Assembly: GCA_951406725.2 (NCBI GenBank)
Contig: OX597821.1
Coordinates: forward strand, 6,324,001 to 6,388,000
DNA: 64,000 bases
Reading direction: 5' to 3'
Source of the DNA: Octopus vulgaris
Taxonomy: Eukaryota
In this document: one piece after another, positions 25,697 through 40,585 of the stretch
Numbering within the stretch: the stretch's first letter is position 1
How the letters are laid out: every line of letters begins with the position of its first letter
Notes under the pieces: generated by a model
Seen by the model: the letters and a program-made list of their open reading frames with translations, nothing else
What the model was told of the DNA's origin: nothing
Database searches by the model: none
Position numbers and translations under genes: made by a program

Positions 25697-25891
25697 CTGG
25701 AGTAAGCACATAAATGTGAAACAAGGTGGAAAAAAGAGTACTCAAATACCAGAGGTAGAGTAATATACTTTATTTAAAAGCAGCAGAAAATATAACAAAA
25801 GCTGTTATATTTTGTTATATTTTCTGCTGCTTTTACACACACACACACATATATATAAATACATACATATATATTCATATATTTATATATA

Positions 25892-25939
<48 letters not shown>

Positions 25940-26459
25940 TCATGTATATGTGTGTGTGTGTGTGTTTGTGTGTGTATTTTATATTAGTAAAAGATATATG
26001 CATTGACAAGGATACTAGGGAAAAGAATTGGTGCTATCACACAAAAATACCTTGTGGTATTTATTCTCCCCAAGTCACACAACATGCAGACTTTCTCTTT
26101 TAACTCTTACCCTCAGGAATGCAGTGATCTAGTGTTTGCCCTGCCAGAAACCTATTGTGAATGATATTATTGTACACAAAATGTGATATAAAATAGACAA
26201 CGTGATCCCTTAATACAGTTTATGTTGTTGAAAACATCGCCACAAAGGAATTGTGTCAAAACTGTGTCTGCTGCAAGGAATTTGGAGTATGAATGGAAAA
26301 TGAAGAGAATGTCTAACCCTTGGAAATATTATTATAACTGATTTTTATATTTCCCCAACAGAGTTGTTTTGTTTTATGATTTCTTAAATAATATAGATAA
26401 GGTTTTGTTTTGATTACAGAAACAAGACCAGTTTTGTCAGGATACAACATAATCATTAA

Positions 26460-26472
26460 AGAGAGAGAGAGA

Positions 26473-26562
<90 letters not shown>
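26460..26562. repeat. (GA)n microsatellite
   Basis: About 50 near-perfect units. Confidence 0.95.
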
Positions 26563-26564
<2 letters not shown>

Positions 26565-26720
26565 AAACCAAAAACAAAGAAGAATAATGGAATGTCTGAG
26601 TAATTGAATTGTTTCTTGAAACAATTCTAGCTTTCTCTGATAATCAGTGTAACATATATTCTTGTGCATTTACTTCGTGGTTCTCTGATCTCTACTTTGG
26701 GAAGTACAGTGACATCTAAG

Positions 26721-26763
26721 CTTCACTGATGAGGTCTTAACAAGACTGAAACATGTCTAGAAT
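26721..26763 (+). ncRNA. Minimal type I hammerhead ribozyme-like motif
   Basis: ttca-CTGATGA-ggtctt-aac-aagact-GAAA-catg-TC-t(a)gaa; palindromic stem III acatgt; one-base bulge in stem I. Confidence 0.55.
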
Positions 26764-27244
26764 TGTCTTTTACTGAAATAATTACACTAGACAATGTGTA
26801 ATATTGCTTATTTCCTCACAATATCATTATTTCGAGTAAACATATTTGATGCTCCCTATTTTAAATATGACCACATTATCTTAATGCTTATTTCAAAGAT
26901 GTTAACATTAAGATGACTGTTATATCATACATACAAAACTCCATATTGAGAATGTGCATGATATACTGGTTAGGGTGAACTTTATTTTATCATCCAAAAG
27001 GATGATAAGCAAAGCTGAATGACAGCAGGATTTGAATTCAGAATATAAAGAAATAGAATGTAAACTATTGTTTTCACATTTTGGCACAAGGCCAGCAAGT
27101 TTGTGGGAGGGTTTAAGTCGATTACATCAATCCTAGTGCTCCACTGGTACTTATTTTATTGACGCTGAAAAGATGAAACCCCATGTTGACCAATTCCTTG
27201 TGAATGAATTTAGTAGATGGAAACTGTGTGGAAGCCCATCATGT

Positions 27245-27471
27245 ACTCTTTTTACTCTTTACTCTTTTACTTGTTTCAGTCATGTAACTGTGGCCATGTT
27301 GGAACACCACTTTTAGTCGAGCAAATCAACCCCAGGACTTATTCTTTGTAAGCCTAGTACTTATTCTATTGGTCTCTTTTGGCAAATTGCTAAGTTACGG
27401 GGTAGTAAACACACCAACATAAGTTGTCAAGCGATGGTGGGGGGACAAATACAGACACACAAACATATACA

Positions 27472-27518
<47 letters not shown>

Positions 27519-27667
27519 ATATATATATATATATACGACAGGCTTCTTTCAGTTTCTGTCTACCAAATCTACTCACAAGACTTTGGTTAGCCTGAGACTA
27601 AGTGACGGGGATGTAAACACACCATCATCGGTTGTCAAGTGATGTTGAAGGGACAAACACAAGCACA

Positions 27668-27741
<74 letters not shown>

Positions 27742-27906
27742 TACGACGGGCTTCTTTCAGTTTCCGTCAACCAAATCCACTCACAAGGCTTTGGTCAGCC
27801 TGAGGCTATAGTAGAAGACACTTGTCCAAGGTGCCACGCAGTGGGACTGAACCCGAAACCATGTGGTTGGTAAGCAAGCTACTTACCACACAACCACTCC
27901 TATGCC
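27245..27906 (-). mobile_element. SINE family A with duplicated central segment of about 205 bp
   Basis: Segments 27395-27600 and 27601-27808 are diverged direct repeats. Confidence 0.85.
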
Positions 27907-28576
27907 TTATATATATATGTGTGTGTGTGTGTGTTGGTTTGTTTATGTCCCAATAATTCAGCGGTTTGAGGTAAAAAAAAATAAAATATGAAATACAAAT
28001 GATAAGTGATATAATCCCTGTATTGACCTTGAGAAATGTGAAAGAATTTTCTGGAAGTTTAGAATAAATGGAGTAAAACTCTAAGTCATTTGTTGGCACA
28101 GTATGATATTAGACTAATAACCAGAGGAGCAGATTTAAGACCACCGGTTAGCTAATGATGTTAGTTTAAAATATGAAAACATTTCTATTCTGTCATGGTT
28201 TCTCATTTCATTCAAAAGAGCCGCAATTCTGGTTTGGAAAAAGCACAATAACAACGAAAACAACCCATCAGGAAAACACTTTAGTTTCCTTGCATTCATT
28301 CTATATTTTCTCATTCTCTGTGTGTTCTGCTCTCTGCTTCTCTGTCTGTCTGTTTGTCTGTGTGTCTCTCTGTCTCTCTGTCTTGGAACTGGTGTGATGG
28401 ATGAAGCATTTTTATTTTTGAGGCTAGATAAACAGAAACTTATGCTGACAATAAAATTAGGCTTTTTGTTATGTTTTGTTTTGTTCTTTTTTTTATCCCT
28501 CTTTGTTTACTTTACATGCATGTGAATATGGAGATAACAACATCATCAGAGATGTTTTATAAAAATGAATAAACAT

Positions 28577-28608
<32 letters not shown>

Positions 28609-28707
28609 TTGCACATAAATACATCTATATATACAAATACACATATATGTAACTCACATATACTTGCACACGCATATACATTGAAGCACATACTTATTCA
28701 CTTATAC

Positions 28708-28737
28708 ATATATATTTCCACATATATATGTTACATC

Positions 28738-28774
<37 letters not shown>

Positions 28775-28807
28775 GATGATGTAACATATATATGTGGAAA
28801 TATATAT
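28708..28807. repeat. Perfect inverted repeat around a (TA)n core
   Basis: atttccacatatatatgttacatcatcttt / aaagatgatgtaacatatatatgtggaaat. Confidence 0.9.
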
Positions 28808-29867
28808 ATATATATATCTTATATCGTGTGTGTATGCATGTAAGTGTGTGTATATATATATATATATATTATTCATATCTTATATATATATATATATATA
28901 TATACAGCGTGCGCATGCATGTGTGAGTATGTACACACACAGACATTCGCACACACGCACACAAAATACACTGACATATAAAATACATACTTGTGCATCT
29001 TGTTACTCTTACACACACACACACACACACACATACACTCACACAGATACACATATACACTAAGAGATATCAATAAACACACAAGCATGCATACCCCACC
29101 CCAAATACTCTTTCACTTTTTCACACACAAATATACACAACAAGTACATTTAATCCATCATGCAGACAAATATTGTTTATTTCTCACGCTTCTTTCACAC
29201 GTACATGCTAGACTTGGTTAGAGACCCAACTCTCCTCTGTGTTTAACAGTACCACCTGGCCTTTCAGTACCTTTAGTTAAAATTTACTCCAGACTCTCTC
29301 CTTTCCTTTTTCCCAGTCAGATTAAACCACAGATGGTTACCTTCCTTTCTTCTCAAGTCGTGCCAACTGATAAGGGCCAGTTTCCTGGTTTCTATGGCAT
29401 CTAAATTCCCCACCTAGACAGAATGCCGATTCATTGCAGGATTATTCATTTTTGCCAGCTGAGTGGGCTGGAACAATGTGAAATTAAGTGTTTTGCTCAA
29501 GAACACAATGTGTCACTTGGTCCAGGAATTGAAACCACAATCTTATGATCATGAGTCCAACACCCTAACCACTAAGCCATGTGCCTCCATTCCACAAACC
29601 ACAAATGTCTAGGCTGGGTACCAGTTGGATTAACCTTACCCGTCTGAGATGTAGAATTATAATGATTATGGGTACTGCTTCAACTTCTTCCCTCATGAAT
29701 GGAATGGCTTTGCTTAACCAGGGTTTACTTTGCCAAACCAGTATGCCTCAGAGAGAGGGTGTGGAGTGGAGAGGCATGAACTCCAGGGGTGGGCTTCTTG
29801 TGAAGGTTAAAAAGGAGGTACTCAATGTGCCAAGTAGAGTTTGTGTAGTTTGTTAAAGGCTAGGCTA

Positions 29868-30187
29868 AAAGATCCCCTTCAGTCATGAATGACCATGGGA
29901 TTACACCTAGAAAGTCACCCTCCGAGGCACAAGGTTGTTTTATGGAAGACCAGCAGTCACCCATGCATACCAGCCCCCCTCTTCACACCACCCATGTTAT
30001 CCAAGGGAAAAGCAAAGGCTGATTTAGCTTGGCATTAGTGACATCACATCTCATTGCTACAGCTGAGTGAATTGGAGCAATGTGAAATAAAGTGTTTTGC
30101 TCAAGAATATAACACACTGCCTGGTCCGGGAATTGAACTCACAACCTCATGATTGTGAGCCTGACACTCTAACCACTGAGCTATATG
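29868..30187 (-). mobile_element. tRNA-headed SINE with RTE-5'UTR-derived body (Ceph-domain-like)
   Basis: tRNA/CORE-like head at 30060-30187; body 29940-30048 aligns by eye to RTE 5'UTR relic 53939-54045. Confidence 0.7.
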
Positions 30188-30271
30188 TGTTAGAGGCTAA
30201 GGATTCTTAAAGTCCTTACTGTGTTTCATATTATTGATTATTCAAATATCTGGCATTCCATTGCTTTTGAT

Positions 30272-30570
30272 AAGGGTTCCAGTTGATCTGATCAACAGAA
30301 CAGTCTGTTCATAAAATTAACATGCAAGCGGTTGAGCACTCCAGAGACACGTGTACCCTTAATGTAGTTCTCTGGGAGAATCAGCATGACATGGAATGTG
30401 ACAAGGTTGGCCCTTTGAAATACAGGTACCACTCATTTTTGCTAGCTGAATGAACTGGAGCAATGTGAAGTAAAACGTTATTCTGAAGGGCATGATGCAT
30501 TACTGGGAATCGAACTCACAACCTTACGGATTGATTTGTGAGCCAAATACCCTAACCACTAAGCCAAACA
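30272..30570 (-). mobile_element. tRNA-derived SINE sharing the family B 3' body
   Basis: gggttccagttgatc...ccctttgaaatacaggt shared with 3520-3680; other copies at 31545-31830 (+) and 47835-48155 (-). Confidence 0.75.
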
Positions 30571-30944
30571 ACTTCCTGATTATTCAATTAATGATCTGAA
30601 TAATCTACATTGTGAAACTCAGAGTAACAATTCAAGAATCTTCTGCTTTTAATGATAAGTCATACTCATATCTCTTATAAAGGAGATATGAAGTATGACA
30701 GAGATGGTGGTGATGACAAAGATAGTGATGACAGAGATGATGATGATGATGGCAATAATGATAATAGTGTGGTCATGGATCTCTGTCAGCTTCAATAATG
30801 ACCATTCAGTTGTTCAGTCAATTGAACTACCTACTTGTTACATAAACCTGTACGTGGTTGGGTATTCCACAGACATGTGTATCCTTAACATAATTCTCAG
30901 GTGACAAAATTGCTAGACCTTTGAATTACAGACACTGAATTTAT

Positions 30945-31530
30945 TGCCAAATCGGCTACAATGAAGTTAGGCTCACTCCTTTGTTCGAGGAGTTATCTCA
31001 CTCCTGAGACTATTCTTTATCTTTATAAGCCCACCATTGAGTACTGCATTGAGTACTGTTGTCACATATAGGCAGGTACTCCTGTGGATTCTTTAACTCT
31101 GTTGGGCCATATTCAGTGCTGTATTTTAATGCTATTAGTCCTGATCTATCTTCTAAATTGTCCTGTGGCTTCCTTGTCGCTTTTCTATAAGTATTTTCAT
31201 GGACATTGTTCAGCTGAGCTCTCATCTCTGGTTCCTCCTTTAAGAACTTATTAGCAATCAACTAGACTTGCATTCAGTTCTCATCAATATACTGTGCAAC
31301 CTCTTAAGTGTCGTAAAGCACTTTACAGTACCAGTTTCTTCCCTTGCACCTCTGAACTTCGAAATTCCTCTTCACAATCCTGTTTTCCTCTTCAATATGA
31401 CCTCCAGTCTTTTAAGTCTAATGTACATTGTCACCTATTGACTTCTGTCAAGCGTCCATTTTATTCTAGTAGCTCTTACATATTCAGTGGTCTAAGGATC
31501 TTGTAATGAGTGAATGCTTTAAAAAAAAAT
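30945..31530 (+). mobile_element. CR1/L2-group LINE ORF2 C-terminal relic with poly(A)
   Basis: Translates LYLYKPTIEYC..VASLSLFYKYFHGHCSAELSSLVPP..STR..SFFPCTSELRNS..FPLQYDLQSFKSNVHCHL; A-tract at 31521. Confidence 0.7.
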
Positions 31531-32327
31531 AAAGCCATCTAGTGAAGGCATATAGCTTAGTGGTTAGGGTACTTGGCTCGTAATCACAAGGCTGAGAGTT
31601 CAGTTCCCAGTGGCACACTGTATCCTTGAGCAAGACACTTTATTTCACATTGCTCCATTCTACTCAGCTGGCAAAAATGAGTTTTACCTGTAGAGCAAAA
31701 GCCTACCTTGTCACATTCTGTGTCATGCTGAATCTCCCTAAGAACTATGTATGTGTGTCTGTGGAGTACTCAGCCACTTGCTGTTCCATTGATTGAATCA
31801 ACTGAAACACTCGTTGTCATGACCTACTGAAAGTCAGGCCAGCTACAAGCCATCCAATGAGGGCCTCCAAACAGTTTTTATCTAACTAATTTCATTCACA
31901 AGGTTTTGGTCGGCACAAGGCCATGGTAAAAGATACTTGATCAAGATTCCATGTTGTGGGATTGAACTCTAGGCATCAGGATTGCAAAACTAACTCCTTA
32001 GCCTCTTGGCCATAGACATAAGCATGGCTGTGTGCTTAAGAAGTTCACTTTGCAACCATGTAGTTTTGTGTTCAGTCCCACTGCATGGCACCTTGAGTAG
32101 GTGTCTTCTACTATAGTCCAAGGCAAAACAATGCTTTGTAAGTGAATTTGGATGATGGAAACTATGTGGAAGCTAGTGATGTATATACAAGTGTGTATGT
32201 GTGCATATATATATGAGTGTACATATATATATATATATGTATGCATGTATGTATGTAAGTGTGTGTGTCTATCTATCTATCTATATACACACACACGTAT
32301 GTACATACATACATACATACATACTAC

Positions 32328-32393
<66 letters not shown>

Positions 32394-32489
32394 CTTATAT
32401 ATGTGCTCGCGTGTGTGTGTGTGTGTGTGAAAATTTGGAAATTTTTTCAAGAGAGACATTTATTAATTCCAAAGAGGTACAAAGCTCTA

Positions 32490-32770
32490 ATCTCCTTCAA
32501 AGCAGGATTCTGTGACTTCAACATGCTTTTTGTAGCAGTCCAGCCACTTCATGAAGAACCCTCCAAAATGAAGGTGCCCAGGACCCTTGACACGGCCTCC
32601 ATCTTCTCAGCATTTTAAAAGCACCTGTCCTTGAGGTTCTTCTTTAGCCTGGAGAATGACCAAAACTTACAGGGAGCAAAGCCTGGACTATAGGGATGGT
32701 GAGGGACAGTTTAGATAGTCATCTCTCCCAAGTAGATTGTTACAAGGATGGAATTGTAACAAGCAAGCAT
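32490..32770 (-). mobile_element. Mariner transposase C-terminal relic
   Basis: Minus strand PHHPYSPGFAPCKFWSFSRLKKNLKDRCF, a degenerate HPPYSPDLAPCDF.LF..LK motif. Confidence 0.75.
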
Positions 32771-32889
32771 TAGTAGGGTGTGACCAAAGAGTTGGCAGGT
32801 CAGCTTATTAGACGTATAGTATTAACAAGCTAAAATGTAACCTAGGACAGTTATAACTGGCTCTCCAAAAGAAGCCTCAAAACTAACCC

Positions 32890-33147
32890 CAAGATTCCGA
32901 GTTCGATTCCAGGCAGTGACCTGAATAATAATAATAATAATGATAATAGTAATAATGATAACAGCATAGAAAAATACCTTAGGAATGAGAACCTAGGTTT
33001 GAAATTTCCCCAAGACACCTGATGAAGGCTGGAGGGTATATCAGCCGAAACATTGTATTAATAACAAACAAGATGAGGACAAATATCCATCAAATGTAAA
33101 TAAAGTAAATAATGTACATAATTCCTCATCTCTTAAATATAGAATGC
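32890..33147 (+). mobile_element. Short PLE-derived/retrozyme-like element with degenerate hammerhead (33013-33060)
   Basis: gacac-CTGATGA-a-ggctg...cagcc-GAAA-catt-gtatt; stems I and III imperfect. Confidence 0.5.
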
Positions 33148-33459
33148 TATTAAGTTCTGGGTTTGATTTCTCTAACTAAACCCTTCAAAGTAACAAAGTG
33201 AGCGGTGCCCCAGTATGGCAGCAGTCCAATGACTGAAACCAGCAAAAGATAAAAGATACACATTCTGTATGGATAGTCATTGAATGGAGTGTCTGTATTT
33301 CAAAAGGTAATCACTCTTGTCACATACACAGTGTCACACTGAGTGTGACTGGGGATTATATTACGGGTATTAAGGGTATCTGTGGAAATACTCAACCACT
33401 TAACACCACGAAAGACTGGAATATCCATCATTGGAACCTATGGATGGATGACCTAATTA

Positions 33460-34950
<1,491 letters not shown>

Positions 34951-35189
34951 CACAGTTACTGACCTTTGAGAAGTACTCTTATCTTATGTTTGAAGCATTG
35001 AAATATTGTAAAAGTTCAGCATCTACTCTTGTAGTAGTGGTGGTGGTGGTTCAAATTTGGATTACACTATTACAATATTGAAGCCACAAGGCTTCAATAT
35101 GAGAGAAGGGAGGTAGTTACTTATATCTCTTCCTACCCCTACTAGTATTTAATCAGGACTTTATTTTATTGACCCCTTGAAAGGATGAA

Positions 35190-35662
35190 GGCCCAGTTGA
35201 GATCTAAGTTGTCTTGCTCCAACAACCACCAGCATATGCTACTAGAATGCATGCCACTTATGAAGGCATTTCTTACAGCTTCACTGAGATGTTCAGTAGT
35301 TGAACCAGCTTTGTATCCACTGTCTTTCACCAAACATTTGAGCTTCTGGAGGTATTGATCTAAGCTTTGTCCATACTCCTACTTGCAAGTGTATAACAGG
35401 TGTCATGCTAACACTACATTCTTTGTTTTCACATATAGTGAGATAAGAATGTCAAGGGCTCCGTTGTATGTGTTGCAGTCAGTCCTTGATATATTCAAAC
35501 ATGTTGGGAGCCGATGTGATTGGTGAGTAGGTGAAATTTATCCTCTTCTACCGCATTAAGCAAGTCTAGGTAGTTGGTAAAAGTAAAAGTAAAATGCCAT
35601 TTTCCGGCAGTAGGTGAGACTGGATTGACGTTGGGAAACTCCAGGCATAGTGCTTTGTCCAT
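35190..35662 (-). mobile_element. Ty3/Gypsy LTR retrotransposon gag relic
   Basis: Minus strand MDKALCLEFPNVNPVSPTAGKW...DKFHLLTNHI...LYVKTKNVVLA*HLL...GQSLDQYLQKLKCLVKD...EAVRNAFISGM, a gypsy gag signature with stops and frameshifts. Confidence 0.75.
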
Positions 35663-35839
35663 TTAGAAGAGTAAATTGTTGTAGTATAGCAATTCTCAAT
35701 TTCAGTAATACAGGAGGCTGAAAAAGATTGGCCCAAAATAGGCTTTACTCTCCTAAGAACAAGGGTACACTATCCATTAGCAGTAGCTTTAGTCATCAAC
35801 CTAGTTGGACAGCAGACAACCCTGTTTAAATATCATTTT

Positions 35840-36196
35840 GAAGCCTTGTTTTCATTCCAAAGCCTCGTTTTCATTCTAAAGCCTCATTTTCATTCCAAAG
35901 CCTTGTTTTCATTCCAAAGACTCGTTTTCATTCTAAAGCCTCATTTTCAATCCAAAGCCTCGTTTTCATTCCAAAGCCTAATTTTCATTCTAAAGCCTCG
36001 TTTTCATTCCAAAGCCTCGTTTTCATTCCAAAGCCTCATTTTCATTCCAAAGCCTTGTTTTCATTCTAAAGCCTCATTTTCATTCCAAAGCCTCGTTTTC
36101 ATTCCAAAGCTTCGTTTTCATTCCAAAGCCTCGTTTTCATTCCAAAGCCTCGTTTTCATTCCAAAGTCTTATTTTTATTCCAAAGTCTTGTTTTCA
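35840..36196. repeat. 19-bp minisatellite (aaagcctcgttttcattcc), about 18 copies
   Basis: Direct inspection; explains the 157-aa repetitive ORF. Confidence 0.95.
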
Positions 36197-36465
36197 ACTG
36201 GATGTAGTAATATTAACAGTAGTGAATATAACATGTATAGTTATAGTAATAATACCAGTAATTATTACCAGAGTGTAATGGCCCAGTTTGAACTCATAAA
36301 GCATAAGCTCCTGAATTAGACAACATTGCACATTCATTTGAGTGGCTTTCAAATGACATATGGAGTGAAGTAATACACTACGTATCAGTACACCAACTAC
36401 CCTGATACCACCAAGCTCAGCAGGTACCTTCTATGGCTCAAATTGTTTTGTGAGTGTAGAACACT

Positions 36466-36501
<36 letters not shown>

Positions 36502-37479
36502 TAATGTAGTCATATGCATCTGTGTTTGTGTGTATCCTTGTCTAGACGTCATGTGATAGTTGTAAGGGAGCATCATTGTGAAAGAAGTGAGATTGTTCCT
36601 TTCCAATCTTCCATGAAAAACAACTTTAGCTTTGGGAAAATATTTCCTTGCTTGGAAATAAGTTAGGGTTGGCCACAGGAAGGGCATTCTGGCGTAAAAA
36701 AAAAATCTGCCTCAACAAATTCCATCTGGCCCATGCAAGCACGAGGAAGTCAATATTAAATGTTGTTGACGACAATGATGATGATGATAATGATGATGAT
36801 ATCAATCAATGTCATAAATGCATTAATGTGATAAACATATTAAACCATCTTTGTTAAATCTCATAATAATATTTTTTTTTTGACCACAAGTGTAAATAAA
36901 TATATCTCCCAAGAAATATATCTCCCAAATGGATAGATATATCAGTAAGATGATCAGTCATTGATTGTCTGTTCTTGAAAACAATGGAAAACATAGACCG
37001 TTTCTTATCCTTAGTTAGATCAAAGTCAATATTGCAACTCCACAGGGATATCAAAAATTAACTTATGTGATTCCTTTGTTTTCTTGGTATCCTTTGAAAA
37101 AGCAGGATCTGAAGCAACAACATTAATAAGAAGAATAAAATTATTGGTCTCACAATGCTGTGTGGCGAAGAAGTTGGCTTCTCAATCATGATGTTCTGAG
37201 TTCGATATGACAATGTATACCGCCTTGGACAAGTATTGTCTGCTATGACTTCAGGTCGACCGGTACTTTCGCTTGTTAGTGAAATTCAGAAGACAGAAAC
37301 TATGCAGAAGCCTGTCATCATTCATCATCATTCATCATCATTGTTAACATCTCATTTTAACATCTCATGTTAATTGTAAACAATTGCCACTGTCATACTA
37401 GTTGTATCATTTATTTGCAGTCTTCCATGAAGACATATCATCCATTTGTGCTCTTGGAGAATTTTTTTTTGTTGCCCTT

Positions 37480-37773
37480 TTCAAGCCTAGCCAGGCTCAT
37501 GGGCCCGGTTTCCCGGTTTCTGTGGCGTATGTGTTCCTCCCAGCTGGATGGGACGCCAGTCCATCGCAGTGTTACTCAAGAAACAAGAAGAGAGAGTGAG
37601 AGAAAGTTGTGGCGAAAGAGTAGAACAGGGGTCGCCACCACCCTCTGCCAGAGCCTTGTGGATCTTTTAGGTGTTTTCGCTCAATAAACACACACAACGC
37701 CTGATCTGGAAATCGAAACTGCGATCGTCTGACCGCGAGTCCGCTGCCCTAACCACTGGGCCATTGTGCCTCT
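37480..37773 (-). mobile_element. SINE with family B head and an alternative 3' body
   Basis: 37640-37773 is the reverse complement of the family B head; body resembles 29372-29450. Confidence 0.75.
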
Positions 37774-37944
37774 ACTGGAGAATTATTACTTTGCTTAAGA
37801 ACAAGTGATGGTTGATGACAGGAAGGGTATCTGGCCATAGAAAATCCACCTCATTGAATTTCTTCTAACCCATGCAAGCATGGAAAAATAAAGGTTAAAA
37901 TGATGATAAATATGTGTGTGCGCGCGCGTGTGTGTGTGAAAGCG

Positions 37945-37993
<49 letters not shown>

Positions 37994-38394
37994 ATGAACT
38001 TATGACCTTGGTAATCCCTAGTCAGCAAGGTCGCAAGATTAGCACTGGATCTTCCAAGTCATTGTTCCAATCAGTGATGAACTTTTATAGGTGTGCAAAG
38101 GTAGTGTATATACATTATGGTTGTTGTTGAGCCCTGGGTCAGCCCTGATCAAATAGCTGTCCATGACCACCTATCTTATTTTCATACAGCTTATCCATGA
38201 TGACATTTAACCATTTGTCTTCTGGTTTTAGAATAAGTACACCACATCCCTCTGAGTTGTTAGGGTTGGCAACAGGAAGGGCATCTGGCTGTAAAACACC
38301 ACTTCAGAAAGATTGTTCAACCCATGCCAGCATGGAAAAGCAGATATAAAATGATACCATGATAGTATTGCTGTTGTTGCTGCTGTTGCTGCTT

Positions 38395-38799
38395 TTTACT
38401 TACTTTTGCTTACTTGTTTCAGTCATTTGACTGGCCATGCTGGAGCACCGCCTTTAGTCAAGCAAATTGACCGCAGGACTTATTCTTTGTAAGCCTAGTA
38501 CTTATTCTATCAGTTTCTTTTGTCAAACCGCTAAGTTACGGTGACGTAGACACACCAGCATCAGTTGTCAAGTGATGGTAGGTGGGGGACAAACACAGAT
38601 ACATAAATACACACATATATACATATACATATATGTGACGGGCTTCTTTCAGTTTCCGTCTACCAAATCCACTCACAAGGCTTTGGTTGGCCTGAGGCTA
38701 TGGTAGAAAACACTTACCCAAGGTGCTACACAGTGGGACTGAACCCGGAACCATTTGGTTTGTAAGCAAGCTACTTACCACATACCCACTCCTGCGCCT
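38395..38799 (-). mobile_element. SINE family A
   Basis: Full-length homology. Confidence 0.88.
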
Positions 38800-39324
38800 A
38801 TAACTTAGCATACAGCCACTCCTGTGCCTATGATGATGATGATGATGCTGTATTCAAGATTACATTATCCAGTGTTTCATCTCTTATAATTCCAGTGATA
38901 TCTCAGCGGTATTATAGGAATCTATATCAATTTAACTGGTATTTTAATTTATCAGCCTGGAAGGATTAAGGGCACAAAGTTGACCTTGGTAGCTTTTAAG
39001 CTCAGTATGCAAACGGCTGAAACTAAATATTAATAGGCATTTTGTCTGACAACATTTTAATGATTCTGCCAAAGAAGGTAGAATGTCATTTGATGGAAAT
39101 TTGACTATTATGTCTAGTAGGTTGCGAGACCTCATAGCTGCTTGTTTGTTCATTGGTTTATGTTGTATGTATTTATAATGATGTGATACAAGCTGGACCT
39201 CCCAAATTGAGATATAACTTATTTGACGTAGTAAAGTAAGGGAGAAGTATCAGATTAAGGACTTTGGGATCCCTAAGAGCATTTTGATAAATAAATATTA
39301 TATTCATCTCTAGCATACATATTT

Positions 39325-39374
<50 letters not shown>

Positions 39375-39995
39375 TATGCAGATGCACTCATATTCATACA
39401 CACACTCATATACACAAACATGGACACAAATACACACACAAATACACACACACACACACATCCACATATGTATGTACATACATATTGATACATGCACATA
39501 AATATTCACAGACATGCACACATAGACACACACACACACATACATATGTACTCACATATTGATACACATTTACTCAAGCATATGTAGACACACATACATA
39601 TTGATATTTGCACATACATATAAACAAACAGGCACGCACGCACACATGCACACACACACACTATGATGTATACACTGAATGGGTGTGTATATAATTTCAA
39701 TGGGTGATAGCTGATATTTTACGATTATGTAAAATCTTAAACAAATATTTTAGAAATGGAAAGTTTTAGAAACTAATTGATAAGTGAAGGAGAATTGAAA
39801 GATAACAAAACTGTTATAGCATATATGTATGTGTATGTATATGAATGTGTGTGTGTGTATGTGTGTGTGTGTGTGTATGTGTGTGTGCATGTTGTGTATG
39901 AGTGTGTGTAAGTTAGAGATAGAATGAAAGCAAGAGACAGATATAGAAGAGAATGAAAGAGAAAGAGAGAGGGAGAGAATGAAAGAGTGAGAGAA

Positions 39996-40035
<40 letters not shown>

Positions 40036-40329
40036 ACCTGTTACTGAATTTGTGAATTTGTGAGAATATATACAACAACAACAACAACAACAACAACAAT
40101 TATAATAAGCCTTTCTACCAAAGGCATAAGGTTTTAAATTTTGCAGGAGGGGCTAATTGATTTCATTAACCCCAGTGCTCAACTGGTACTTATTTTATCA
40201 AACCCCGAAAGGATGGAAAGTAAAGTTGACCTCAGCGGTATTCGAACTCAGAGCAAAGACAGATGAAATGCTGCTAAGCACGGAAATGATTCTGCCAACA
40301 GTATAATAATAATAATAATAATAATAATG

Positions 40330-40383
<54 letters not shown>

Positions 40384-40585
40384 GTTTCAAATTTTGGCAC
40401 AAGGCCAGCAATTTCGGGGTTGTGGGTAAGTCAATTTCATTGGCCCACAAAAGGATGAAAGGTAAAGTTGAGCTTGGTGGAATTTGAGCAAAGAATGTAA
40501 AGACTAATGAAATACTGCTAAACATTTTGTTTGATGTACTAACAATTCTGCCAGCTTGCAGCCATAATAATAATGATAATAATAA

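Noticed and set aside
26119-26166. Strong acceptor giving ECSDLVFALPETYCE*
   Set aside because: Phase 0 only; cannot be joined in frame to the candidate chain, so left unsupported
27960-28300. Non-repetitive stretch that looks like a conserved non-coding element
   Set aside because: Conservation cannot be judged from one sequence
35840-36319. CRISPR-like array or 157-aa repetitive protein
   Set aside because: Head-to-tail 19-mers without spacers in a eukaryotic context: a minisatellite
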